Below are positions 1 through 8,786 of a stretch of DNA of 41,478 bases, piece by piece. Location: positions 2,989-44,466 of the forward strand of contig CAZTRR010000001.1 in the NCBI GenBank assembly GCA_964616785.1, given 5' to 3'. Within the stretch, counting starts at the first letter, position 1. Each line of letters starts with the position of its first letter. This DNA comes from an uncultured Dehalococcoidales bacterium. GTDB lineage: Bacteria > Chloroflexota > Dehalococcoidia > GIF9 > UBA5629. Below the pieces are notes generated by a model. That model saw only the letters and a list, made by a program, of their open reading frames with translations. It did not search any database and was not told where the DNA came from. The position numbers and the translations under genes are program-made.

Positions 1-560
1 ACCAGCCACTGGTAAGTCTCTCGCGCCAGCTCTAACGTACCTCTTTGCAGCAAGAAGACAACGATAGCCGCTACGATAAGCCCCAGGGCGGCTCCCGAAG
101 TATCCATGGCGCGATGAAACCCGAAGCTCTTGCCGCGTTCTTCAGCCGATACAGAATCAGCTACCAGAGCATCTCGTGGTGCTGTGCGAACACCTTTGCC
201 TAGCCTGTCAGCGAACCTTACGCCAAGCACAAGACCCCAGGTCGTAGCTATGTACATGAAAGGTTTGGCCAGCGTAGACAATCCATAGCCAACAATAGCC
301 AGGGACTTGCGCTCGCCCAACTTATCGCTGAACCAGCCGCTAATGATCTTGAGCAGGGAGGCTGTGCTCTCAGCCACTCCTTCAATAAGGCCGATGATAA
401 CGGTCGCTGCTCCGAGGATGTTGGCTAGAAACAGAGGCAGGAGGGTGAAAATCATCTCACTGCTCACATCAGTGAGAAAGCTCACCAGACCCAGAAAGAA
501 CACGTTGGCATTTAGACCAAGAATACGTTTGTGCTGTCCAGCTTGTGGATGGTTCTCCAT
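1..560 (-). CDS. MFS transporter (runs off the left window edge)
   Basis: Hand translation from ATG at 560: MENHPQAGQHKRILGLNANVFFLGLVSFLTDVSSEMIFTLLPLFL...GWFSDKLGERK...DRLGKGVRTAPRDALVADS...GKSFGFHRAMDTSGA. Contains an MFS motif-A-like segment and hydrophobic helices. Absent from the ORF track because there is no stop in the window. Confidence 0.9.
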   Translation of the reverse strand, partial: MENHPQAGQHKRILGLNANVFFLGLVSFLTDVSSEMIFTLLPLFLANILGAATVIIGLIEGVAESTASLLKIISGWFSDKLGERKSLAIVGYGLSTLAKPFMYIATTWGLVLGVRFADRLGKGVRTAPRDALVADSVSAEERGKSFGFHRAMDTSGAALGLIVAAIVVFLLQRGTLELARETYQWL

Positions 561-575
561 GGTGCTATAGCGCGT

Positions 576-584
576 AGTATAGCA
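576..584 (-). promoter_or_regulatory. Extended -10 promoter for the MFS gene
   Basis: TGCTATACT on the minus strand, 15 nt before the ATG; no clear SD. Confidence 0.45.
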
Positions 585-731
585 GCCTTGCTCAATGCCT
601 TACCATCGGCACCAGTTAGGCGAAACAGGCTTAGCAAATGCTGCCCGGGAAATGATAGTCGATTCACTCACGTTGCAGTGCACCAACCCGGGGAAATGAT
701 TCAGTCAGACGCTATCGATAGGCGGCTAAGC

Positions 732-760
732 TGGACGGCTATCCGTGCCGCGGATATAAT
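732..760 (+). promoter_or_regulatory. Sigma70-type promoter
   Basis: TGGACG (732-737), 17-nt spacer, TATAAT (755-760). Confidence 0.6.
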
Positions 761-793
761 AGGCTGCAGGTGACCTGTAGGCAAGTGTGATCA

Positions 794-1120
794 ATGATGG
801 ACAGATATGATGTCGTCGTGGTCGGTGGTGGGATAGGCGGCTCGGTGGCCGCCCGGCTATTGGCGAAGGAGGGTTGCAGAACACTCCTGATAGAGAAGTC
901 CCAGACGCCGAGGAATAGGCTCTGTTCTGGAATACAATTCCCCTATTTGGAGAAGCTCGTTGGTGAAAAGATACCCCGGGAGAAGCTGTGCAAGAATGAG
1001 CTCTTCAAGGTGGAGATGATAACCCCAAGAGGGCAGACCCAGTACTTACAACGGCGCTCTGGAATCAGGAGCTTTGACAAGGTGGCCTTGGGTGAATCCC
1101 AACCTCCCCTTTCTCCATAA
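794..1120 (+). pseudogene. Truncated geranylgeranyl reductase-family FAD oxidoreductase (N-terminal fragment)
   Basis: YDVVVVGGGIGGSVAA Rossmann motif and EK..PR..LCSG motif. Similarity appears to end near 1045, the ORF is only 108 aa versus about 350-400 aa for the family, and no continuation is visible. Confidence 0.7.
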
Positions 1121-1238
1121 CTCTGCGAGCACACTGCAACAGCTCCACCAGTGCGGAAGGGATGCAGATTGGTAGCCCGGGCCTTTCATCGCTTCGAGAA
1201 TAGCCAAATGCAGGTATTTATAGAAAAGGGCGCCTAGT

Positions 1239-1790
1239 ATGTCCGGGAGAGCCTGCAACAGAAAGACTCCTGATGGAAAAACCTGCCCATGTAATGCGTC
1301 TGACATATTCCTGACTGATGACCGGTTCAATGAGCTCTTCGGCCCAGAGATCTCCAGGGTTACACAAGTCCTGAACGAAACAGGCAGCATTAAGTGTTCA
1401 GCCTGCAAAGGTAAGTGTTGTAGGGAAATCGGTTGCAGGTTCTATTCAGAGAAGTTTGATTCTTGTCCTATCTATGAGCTAAGGCCGAGGGAATGCAGAT
1501 ACCATTTCTGTAAGCAACTCCTGGATGAAGCCCCACTAAGTCAAGAAGCTAAAGAGGTATTGCAGAAGCCGCTAAAGGACTTATTGAATAGCGAGAATCA
1601 GGCGGTTTCCAAACTATTCAGTTTGTCTTCCCAATTCCCTCTGGACTCTGAGGGATTGGCTTCACTGGGCATAGGAGAGGAAGTGAATAACATTGTGGCA
1701 GCCTTTGAGGAAGGCAAACTAGATGAGGGCCAAGCCAAGGGCTCATTGAGAAGTCTTTGCCTGGACCTGCTAAAGCAGCGGGGGAAGTGA
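1239..1790 (+). CDS. YkgJ-like cysteine-cluster (putative Fe/Zn-chelating) protein
   Basis: CSACKGKCC, IGC and CPIYELRPRECRYHFC match the CxxCxxCC ... CxIYxxRPxxCR family pattern. Confidence 0.65.
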   Translation: MSGRACNRKTPDGKTCPCNASDIFLTDDRFNELFGPEISRVTQVLNETGSIKCSACKGKCCREIGCRFYSEKFDSCPIYELRPRECRYHFCKQLLDEAPLSQEAKEVLQKPLKDLLNSENQAVSKLFSLSSQFPLDSEGLASLGIGEEVNNIVAAFEEGKLDEGQAKGSLRSLCLDLLKQRGK

Positions 1791-1910
1791 ACTGATAAGT
1801 GTTGCCATATCGCTTCAGGGCCTGCAAACGAGATCGAAGACGCACGTTTGACCAGGGAGACCTTATTTGGTAAACTACCGATTTGGTTGTTCGGGCTGCA
1901 GGAGGTCACA

Positions 1911-2360
1911 GTGCCTGATGAACTAGCCGAGATATTGGCTGAGTATAAGGAGGAAAAGGGCGCGCTAATTCCGGTTTTGCAGAAGGTCCAGGAGAGGTTC
2001 GGTTATCTGCCTGAAGCAGCGATTTCAGGGGTAGCTAAGTTTTGCCGAATGTCGGAAAGCGAAATCTTCGGAGTCGCTTCTTTTTATGCGCAATTCTATT
2101 TTACTCGTCGCGGCAAGCATATTGTGAAAGTCTGTCTAGGTACCGCGTGCCATGTCCGCGGCGGTGAACGCATTCTGGACGAGGTGAAGAGAGGATTATG
2201 TGTTGAGTCAGGAGGGACAACCGAAGATTCTAAGTTCAGCCTGGAGAGGGTGGCCTGCTTTGGTTCTTGTGCCCTGGCTCCAGTAATGGTCATCGATAAA
2301 GATGTCTATGGTCGGGTGACTATTGCTAAAGCAAAGGATATTCTGTCTGAGTATCACTGA
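1911..2360 (+). CDS. HydC/NuoE-like [2Fe-2S] subunit of the formate dehydrogenase complex
   Basis: GVASFYAQF, CLGTAC and CFGSC motifs. GGAGG at 1901-1905 favours GTG 1911 over the track start at 1848. Confidence 0.92.
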   Translation: MPDELAEILAEYKEEKGALIPVLQKVQERFGYLPEAAISGVAKFCRMSESEIFGVASFYAQFYFTRRGKHIVKVCLGTACHVRGGERILDEVKRGLCVESGGTTEDSKFSLERVACFGSCALAPVMVIDKDVYGRVTIAKAKDILSEYH

Positions 2361-2372
2361 GAGTAAAGGGTT

Positions 2373-4283
2373 ATGACTTTCGAGGAAATTCAGAGTCGCG
2401 CAGTATCTGAGTGGGAGGCACTGCAATCCAGTGACAAGCCACGAATATTGGTCGGCGCAGGTACCTGCGGTAGAGCCGCTGGGGCTCTCGGCGTCCTTGA
2501 AGCCATTGACGGAGAACTTAGACAGCAGAGTATTGAGGCTACTGTTATCCAGGTTGGCTGCATGGGCTTATGCTACGCCGAACCGATGATTGACATAGCG
2601 AAGCCAGGGCGTCCCCAAGTCATTTACGGAAACCTGACCCAGGACGTAGCTGCTCAGCTCATTCAAGATTACCTAGTCAACGATGATCCCCATCCCGACC
2701 TGGCTTTGGGTTGCATTGGTGACGGTAGCATCGATGGCATACCCAATTTGTTCGAATTGCCTGTACTTAAGCCACAAGTCCGTGTAGTCTTACACAACTG
2801 CGGCTTCATCGATCCTGAGAATATCAATCATTATATTGCTGGCGGTGGCTACAGTGGTCTGGTCAAGGCACTGAAAATGACGCCAGAGGCGATTATTGAG
2901 GAGATCAAGAAATCGGGCTTGCGGGGGAGAGGTGGAGCCGGGTTCTCTACTGGACAGAAATGGGATTTCTGCCGAAAGGCACCAGGGGATGAGAAGTACA
3001 TTATCTGCAATGCCGACGAAGGGGACCCTGGTGCCTTTATGAATCGGTCGTTACTGGAAGGAGACCCTCACGCAGTCTTAGAGGGAATGGTTGTCGGTGC
3101 TTACACTATAGGGGCCAACCATGGCTACATCTATTGTCGCGCTGAGTATCCGCTGGCTTTGGAAAGATTGAGGCTGGCTCTTGACCAAATGGAGGAGCAT
3201 GGTCTTATCGGGGATAACATTCTTGGCTCGGGTTTCAAATTTCACCTGAAGATCAAGGAAGGAGCCGGGGCTTTCGTTTGTGGTGAGGAGACAGCTCTGA
3301 TTGCGTCTATTGAAGGCAAGCGAGGAATGCCTCGGCCACGGCCTCCCTTTCCGGCGACTTCCGGGCTGTGGGGGAAGCCAACGAACATAAACAATGTGGA
3401 AACATGGGCAAACGCCGCGTTGATCTTACAGAAAGGCAGTGAATGGTATACCCAGTACGGTTCGGAGGGGAGCAAAGGCACGAAGACTTTCGCCCTGGTA
3501 GGTAAGGTGGAGCGCACAGGGCTTATTGAGGTGCCCTTAGGTATTACTTTGGGTGAAATCATTCATGGCATCGGCGGCGGCATCCTCAACGGCAAGCAGT
3601 TTAAGGCGGTGCAAACTGGTGGTCCTTCTGGAGGTTGCCTGCCAGCATCTATGCTTGATTCACCCGTTGATTATGAGTCGTTGACCGCTGCTGGCTCGAT
3701 CATAGGGTCTGGCGGCATGATTGTGGCTGATGAAGAGACGTGTATGGTTGACCTTACAAGGTACTTCCTCGCCTTTACTCAGGCTGAGTCTTGTGGTAAG
3801 TGTCCTCCCTGCCGAGTTGGCACACGGCAGATGTTAGCTATTTTGGAGCGTATAGCCAAGGGCGAGGGCAAGCCTGGAGATGTAGGTGAGCTCGAGAGGA
3901 TAGCTAACACGGTCAAGCAGGGCTCACTCTGTGGCTTGGGGCAGACCGCTCCTAACCCAGTGCTGACTACTATTCGCTATTTTCGCGATGAATATGAGGC
4001 TCACATTAACGAAAAGCGGTGCCCGGCTCTGGTATGCAAAGATCTGATTTCCTTTTACATTTTGCCACATAAATGCCAGGGCTGTATGATTTGCTTGCGG
4101 AGTTGCCCTGTTGAAGCAATCTCAGGGGGCAAGAGACTAGTACATGTTATCGACCAAGACAAATGCATCAAATGTGGGACATGTCTTGATGTTTGCCCAC
4201 CCCGTTTTGCTGCTGTAGCCAAAGTGTCAGGTGAGCAAATTGAGGTCCCTTCACAGCCTGCACCCGTTGAGGCATCAGCCTAA
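2373..4283 (+). CDS. HydB/NuoF-like FMN/NADH-binding subunit with N-terminal thioredoxin-like domain and C-terminal 2x[4Fe-4S] domain
   Basis: GLRGRGGAGF, CNADEGDPGAFM, GAGAFVCGEETAL, GGPSGG, ESCGKCPPCR, two CxxCxxCxxxCP motifs. Confidence 0.95.
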   Translation: MTFEEIQSRAVSEWEALQSSDKPRILVGAGTCGRAAGALGVLEAIDGELRQQSIEATVIQVGCMGLCYAEPMIDIAKPGRPQVIYGNLTQDVAAQLIQDYLVNDDPHPDLALGCIGDGSIDGIPNLFELPVLKPQVRVVLHNCGFIDPENINHYIAGGGYSGLVKALKMTPEAIIEEIKKSGLRGRGGAGFSTGQKWDFCRKAPGDEKYIICNADEGDPGAFMNRSLLEGDPHAVLEGMVVGAYTIGANHGYIYCRAEYPLALERLRLALDQMEEHGLIGDNILGSGFKFHLKIKEGAGAFVCGEETALIASIEGKRGMPRPRPPFPATSGLWGKPTNINNVETWANAALILQKGSEWYTQYGSEGSKGTKTFALVGKVERTGLIEVPLGITLGEIIHGIGGGILNGKQFKAVQTGGPSGGCLPASMLDSPVDYESLTAAGSIIGSGGMIVADEETCMVDLTRYFLAFTQAESCGKCPPCRVGTRQMLAILERIAKGEGKPGDVGELERIANTVKQGSLCGLGQTAPNPVLTTIRYFRDEYEAHINEKRCPALVCKDLISFYILPHKCQGCMICLRSCPVEAISGGKRLVHVIDQDKCIKCGTCLDVCPPRFAAVAKVSGEQIEVPSQPAPVEASA

Positions 4284-4350
4284 AGAAGGTTTTCCAACTG
4301 TCGGGGGCTCGGAATGTCCGTACGCCGGCACGGATTGATAGAGATTAGAC

Positions 4351-7116
4351 ATGGTTATTGCTCAACAGACCAGGACTCTAAGTCTGACCATTGATGGCCA
4401 GCAGGTTAGGCTAAAAGAAGGAGCTACAGTACTGGAAGCCGCCCGAGAGGCGGGTATCTATATTCCCACTTTGTGTTACCATCCCAGTTTGGCTCCGTAT
4501 GGGGGCTGCCGTATGTGCATCGTCGAGATTGAGAACATGCGGGGGTTTCCTACCGCCTGTACTACACCTGCAACCGATGACATGGTCGTCAATACCAACA
4601 CACCACAACTTCAAGAGTTGCGGCGCAACATCTTCGAACTAATTCTGGCGGAGCACCCAAATGCTTGCCTTGCTTGCTGGCGCAAGGAGCGTTGCCAGCC
4701 ATTTGATATATGTTTGCGCAGTGTAGCAGTTACTGAGCGCTGTGTTACTTGTCCCAGAAACGGACGATGTGAACTGCAAGAAGTTGCCGATTACATAGGA
4801 CTGGAGCAGGTTTCTCTCCCGATTATTCGCAAGGAGTTGCCCATCCTTAGCGACTCACCATTCTTCGACCGAGACTATAACCTGTGCATACTCTGTGGCC
4901 GGTGTGTCAGGGTTTGCCAAGAAGTGAGAGGGGTGAGCGCAATCGCTTTCACTTACCGGGGCGGTCAGACCCTACCTGGCACCGCCTTCGACAAAACGTT
5001 GCAAGATTCAGGATGCGAATCCTGCGGGGCCTGTGTCGACATTTGCCCGACTGGTGCTCTGATGGAGCGGTCTAACAGGTGGGGAGGCTTAGCCGAGCGC
5101 TCTGTAGTGACAACCTGCCCTTATTGTGGGGTTGGCTGCCAGTTGAACCTTGAAACAAAAGAGAATAGGATCCTTCGGGTGACACCGGTTATGGAGAATT
5201 CGGTCAATCAGGGGCAGGCCTGTGTTAAAGGCCGTTTTGGTATTGCCGAGTTTGTTCACCACCCTCAGCGTTTGACCATGCCCTTGGTGCGGAAGAATGG
5301 AGAGTTGGCCGAGGCAAGCTGGGACGAAGCGCTGGACTTGGTGGCAGAGAAACTCGCAGGCTATAGAGGAGACCAATTCGCTTTCATCTCCTCAGCCAAG
5401 TGCACCAATGAGGACAACTACGTGGCGCAGAAATTCACCCGTGTGGTGATGCAGACCAACAATGTGGATCACTGCGCCCGCCTCTGCCATGCCCCTACGG
5501 TGGCCGGTCTGGCAGCCAGTCTCGGCAGCGGTGCCATGACCAATTCTATCAATGAGATTGGGGAAGCGGGCTGCATCCTCGTTATTGGCAGCAATACCAC
5601 CGAAGGCCATCCGGTCATCGCCCTGGAGATCAAGAAGGCGGTGCGGAACGGAGGGAAACTCATCGTAGCCAACCCCCGAGAGATTGAGCTTTGCCGTTAT
5701 GCCGATGTCTGGCTGAGGCATTCTCCAGGCAGTGATGTCGCTCTTCTTATGGGTATGATGCGGGTAATCGTTGATGACAACCTAGCTGATCTGGCCTTTA
5801 TCGAGGAGTCTTGCGAGAATTTCGATGCCTTCAGGGAATCGCTACGCGGTTTTGACCTCGACTTTGTACAGAAGGTCACCGGTGTGCCAGGGGAGAAGAT
5901 AGGTGAAGCAGCTCGCTTGTACGCTAGGTGCAAGCCATCGTCTATTATCTACGCCATGGGCATTACCCAGCATAGCCATGGCACGGACAACGTATTTGCT
6001 ACCGCTAACTTAGCGATGCTCACCGGGAACATCGGCAAGCCATCAACCGGGGTAAACCCGCTGAGGGGGCAAAACAACGTCCAGGGTGCTTGCGATATGG
6101 CTGCCCTGCCCAATGTCTATCCAGGCTATCAGAGTGTTGGGGACCCCGATATTCGGAAGAAGTTCCAGGTTGCCTGGGAATGTGTTTTGAGTGCCGAACC
6201 GGGGTTGCCCCTGACGGAGATGCTTGATGTGGCCTACAAAGGGCAGCCTAAGGCGATTTTCTTGATGGGCGAGAATCCGGTCATAAGTGATCCCGACACC
6301 AGACATGTTGAGGAAGCGTTGGGTAACCTCGAATTCCTGGTAGTTCAAGACATCTTCCTCACTGAAACTGCTCAGCTAGCACACGTGGTTCTGCCGGCAA
6401 CCAGCTTTGCTGAAAAGGATGGCACCTTTACCAACACTGAGCGGCGAATACAGCGGGTGAGAAAGGCAATCGAGCCTGTGGGTAACTCTAAGCCTGATTG
6501 GTGGATTATCTGCCAGCTAGCCAAAAGGTTAGGTGCTGAAGGTTTTGACTTTGAGCAGCCTTCGCAGATAATGGACGAGATTGCCAGCCTGACTCCCAGC
6601 TACGGGGGCATCGCTTACCACCGTCTGGAGGGGTGTGGACTGCAATGGCCGTGTCCAACTCCAGACCATCTCGGAACGCCAATATTACATGTGGACAGAT
6701 TTGCGCGTGGTTTGGGGAGATTCACGCCACTGGAATATAAGCCGCCAGCGGAATTACCTGATGAAGAATACCCGCTGATTCTTACTACCGGGCGCAGCCT
6801 CTATCACTTCCATACCGGCACCATGACTCGGAAGGTAACCGGGCTGAATATTATTGAGCCAGAGGGAACGGTCGAGATAAACCCGGTCGACGCCTCTTCC
6901 TTGAAAATCGCCGAAGGCGATAGGGTCAAGGTGGTTTCGCGCCGCGGAGAGGTAATAGCGAAAGCAAAGGTGACCGAGCAATCACCGCCAAACGTAGTGT
7001 TTATGGCGTTTCACTTTGCCGAGAGCGCCGCTAATATCCTGACTAATCCAGCCCTGGATCCTGTATCCAAAATCCCCGAATTCAAAGTGTGCGCTGTAAG
7101 AATGGAAAAAGCGTAG
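4351..7116 (+). CDS. fdhF: Formate dehydrogenase alpha subunit (Mo/W-bisPGD, Cys-type) with NuoG/HydA-like N-terminal Fe-S domains
   Basis: IPTLC..GGCRMC, CILCGRCVRVC, TTCPYCGVGC, active site DHCARLCHAPT, PLRGQNNVQG, PEFKVCAV. Confidence 0.93.
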   Translation: MVIAQQTRTLSLTIDGQQVRLKEGATVLEAAREAGIYIPTLCYHPSLAPYGGCRMCIVEIENMRGFPTACTTPATDDMVVNTNTPQLQELRRNIFELILAEHPNACLACWRKERCQPFDICLRSVAVTERCVTCPRNGRCELQEVADYIGLEQVSLPIIRKELPILSDSPFFDRDYNLCILCGRCVRVCQEVRGVSAIAFTYRGGQTLPGTAFDKTLQDSGCESCGACVDICPTGALMERSNRWGGLAERSVVTTCPYCGVGCQLNLETKENRILRVTPVMENSVNQGQACVKGRFGIAEFVHHPQRLTMPLVRKNGELAEASWDEALDLVAEKLAGYRGDQFAFISSAKCTNEDNYVAQKFTRVVMQTNNVDHCARLCHAPTVAGLAASLGSGAMTNSINEIGEAGCILVIGSNTTEGHPVIALEIKKAVRNGGKLIVANPREIELCRYADVWLRHSPGSDVALLMGMMRVIVDDNLADLAFIEESCENFDAFRESLRGFDLDFVQKVTGVPGEKIGEAARLYARCKPSSIIYAMGITQHSHGTDNVFATANLAMLTGNIGKPSTGVNPLRGQNNVQGACDMAALPNVYPGYQSVGDPDIRKKFQVAWECVLSAEPGLPLTEMLDVAYKGQPKAIFLMGENPVISDPDTRHVEEALGNLEFLVVQDIFLTETAQLAHVVLPATSFAEKDGTFTNTERRIQRVRKAIEPVGNSKPDWWIICQLAKRLGAEGFDFEQPSQIMDEIASLTPSYGGIAYHRLEGCGLQWPCPTPDHLGTPILHVDRFARGLGRFTPLEYKPPAELPDEEYPLILTTGRSLYHFHTGTMTRKVTGLNIIEPEGTVEINPVDASSLKIAEGDRVKVVSRRGEVIAKAKVTEQSPPNVVFMAFHFAESAANILTNPALDPVSKIPEFKVCAVRMEKA

Positions 7117-7181
7117 GGCAGGCTAGCACCCTTTGGAGATCCACTTGCCTGGTGCCCGAGCCTTATACACTCGGTTATCGG

Positions 7182-7301
7182 CTACCCCCCCAAGGCTGAC
7201 GCGAGGACCAGTCCAAACACTATGATGCTTAATGCATGCAGCACGCTGAATATGGTTGTTGCCACAATAACAACCAAGCCGATTGGCAATCCTTCTTGCA
7301 T
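7182..7301 (-). CDS. Small hydrophobic peptide, 39 aa (not in ORF track)
   Basis: GGAGGTGA SD directly upstream of ATG 7301; MQEGLPIGLVVIVATTIFSVLHALSIIVFGLVLASALGG*. Confidence 0.5.
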   Translation of the reverse strand: MQEGLPIGLVVIVATTIFSVLHALSIIVFGLVLASALGG

Positions 7302-7594
7302 CTGTCACCTCCTAAACGGTGTCAGTCCGTTATTCACACGCTCAGCGGCCATGGGACTGGCCAATAATGATGAACCTGCGCGTCGCTACCACCCTAAGCA
7401 AGGAGCTCCTGACACTTCTCCCCGGGCGACATCTCACTACCAAGCCTGCCACTACTGTTTATACCCCAAGTGCGCTTTGGATAGCTCATACATCGTGGGA
7501 GAATCGCCCAGATGCCATGGCTCCGACAAACGAACGTTCGCCAATGCCTTCATTGACTGACCATTGGACCAGCACTTCTCCGCCGATTTGGTTT

Positions 7595-7623
7595 AGTATA
7601 CAGTAGGTTTGTGTTCTGGTCAA
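7595..7623 (-). promoter_or_regulatory. Sigma70-type promoter facing the 39-aa ORF
   Basis: TTGACC, 17-nt spacer, TATACT on the minus strand. Confidence 0.65.
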
Positions 7624-7930
7624 TCAAGCCGCAGACTCCCTGCGCAAGACGGCTGAGCAGGCCGGGAGAAGAAAACCTATCAGCAGCTCTATTCCCTGGA
7701 CACAGAAAAAGTGATAGACTGTATAGCTGCTACGGAAAGGAAATAGCAGATTGTGCTGGACGGGCTAGCTGAGAAAGAACCTGCTGCTGGAGCAACCACG
7801 GCGCGGAGGAGAGAGCCTGGACGAGGCACATTTGAGGTGTCGTCCAAGCAGCTGTGGCAAGTAGCCACATGGTGGGTGAATTGGCATTGGGACCTATTAG
7901 AACTGAATGTGCTTACTATGGGAGGCGACG

Positions 7931-8770
7931 ATGTACAGAATTGTGACCAAGGAAAGGCTAAATCCTGTTATCGATTACATGGAAGTTGAGGCGCCCGCGG
8001 TAGCCAGGAAAGCTAAACCAGGCCAATTCGTTGTTGTTCGCGTTGATGAGGTTGGTGAACGGATTCCACTTACGCTGGCCGATTGGGACAGCAAAGATGG
8101 CAGTATTACCCTGGTGGCCATGCAAGTGGGGACTTCTACACATAAACTGGCCAGCCTCAATGCCGGTGACAAGCTACTGAATCTGGTAGGCCCCTTAGGT
8201 CTAGCTTCAGACATAGAGAAGTTTGGCACGGTAGTCTGCGTTGCTGGTGGTGTTGGTGCGGCTCCCGTGTTTCCAATCGCCAGGGCCCTGAAGCAGGTGG
8301 GAAATAGGATTATCTCCATACTAGGGGCTCGAAGCAAAGATTTGCTTTTCTGGGAACAACGCTTGCAGAGTGTGAGTGATGAGTTAATAGTGACCACTGA
8401 TGACGGATCATATGCTCGCAAAGGGGTGGTGACTGAGCCTCTGAAGGAGATGCTTGAAAGAAGTGAGAGAATTGACCGTGTTATTGCTATTGGTCCAGCC
8501 ATTATGATGAAATTCTGCTCTTTGACCACAAAGCCTTTTGGAGTCCCTACATTTGTTAGCCTTAATTCAATTATGGTTGACGGCACGGGGATGTGTGGTT
8601 GCTGTCGCGTTTCAGTAGGTAACGCGACCAAGTTCGCTTGTGTTGACGGACCCGACTTTGATGGACATGAAGTTGATTGGGACCTCCTATTCAAACGCCA
8701 ACAGATTTACCTCGATGAGGAAAAACGCTCTCTGGAATTGTGGAAGTCCTGTCATTGCCGAAATGCCTGA
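7931..8770 (+). CDS. nfnA: NfnA/SudB small subunit (FAD/NAD-binding, [2Fe-2S])
   Basis: GERIPLT, GGVGAAP, MVDGTGMCGCCRV...FACVDGPDFDGH. GGAGG at 7921 places the start at ATG 7931. Confidence 0.9.
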   Translation: MYRIVTKERLNPVIDYMEVEAPAVARKAKPGQFVVVRVDEVGERIPLTLADWDSKDGSITLVAMQVGTSTHKLASLNAGDKLLNLVGPLGLASDIEKFGTVVCVAGGVGAAPVFPIARALKQVGNRIISILGARSKDLLFWEQRLQSVSDELIVTTDDGSYARKGVVTEPLKEMLERSERIDRVIAIGPAIMMKFCSLTTKPFGVPTFVSLNSIMVDGTGMCGCCRVSVGNATKFACVDGPDFDGHEVDWDLLFKRQQIYLDEEKRSLELWKSCHCRNA

Positions 8771-8786
8771 ATCTGGAGGTTAGAAA

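Noticed and set aside
1911-4283. Respiratory complex I nuoEF
   Set aside because: No other nuo genes are present; the extra Fe-S domains and adjacent fdhA indicate a soluble HydBC-type module.
5470-5490. Selenocysteine recoding in FdhA
   Set aside because: The active-site codon at 5485-5487 is TGC (Cys) and the ORF is uninterrupted.
7975-8694. Long antisense ORFs (7975-8694, also 11526-12104, 36415-36966, 38458-39072)
   Set aside because: They overlap well-supported genes on the other strand and show no recognisable motifs.
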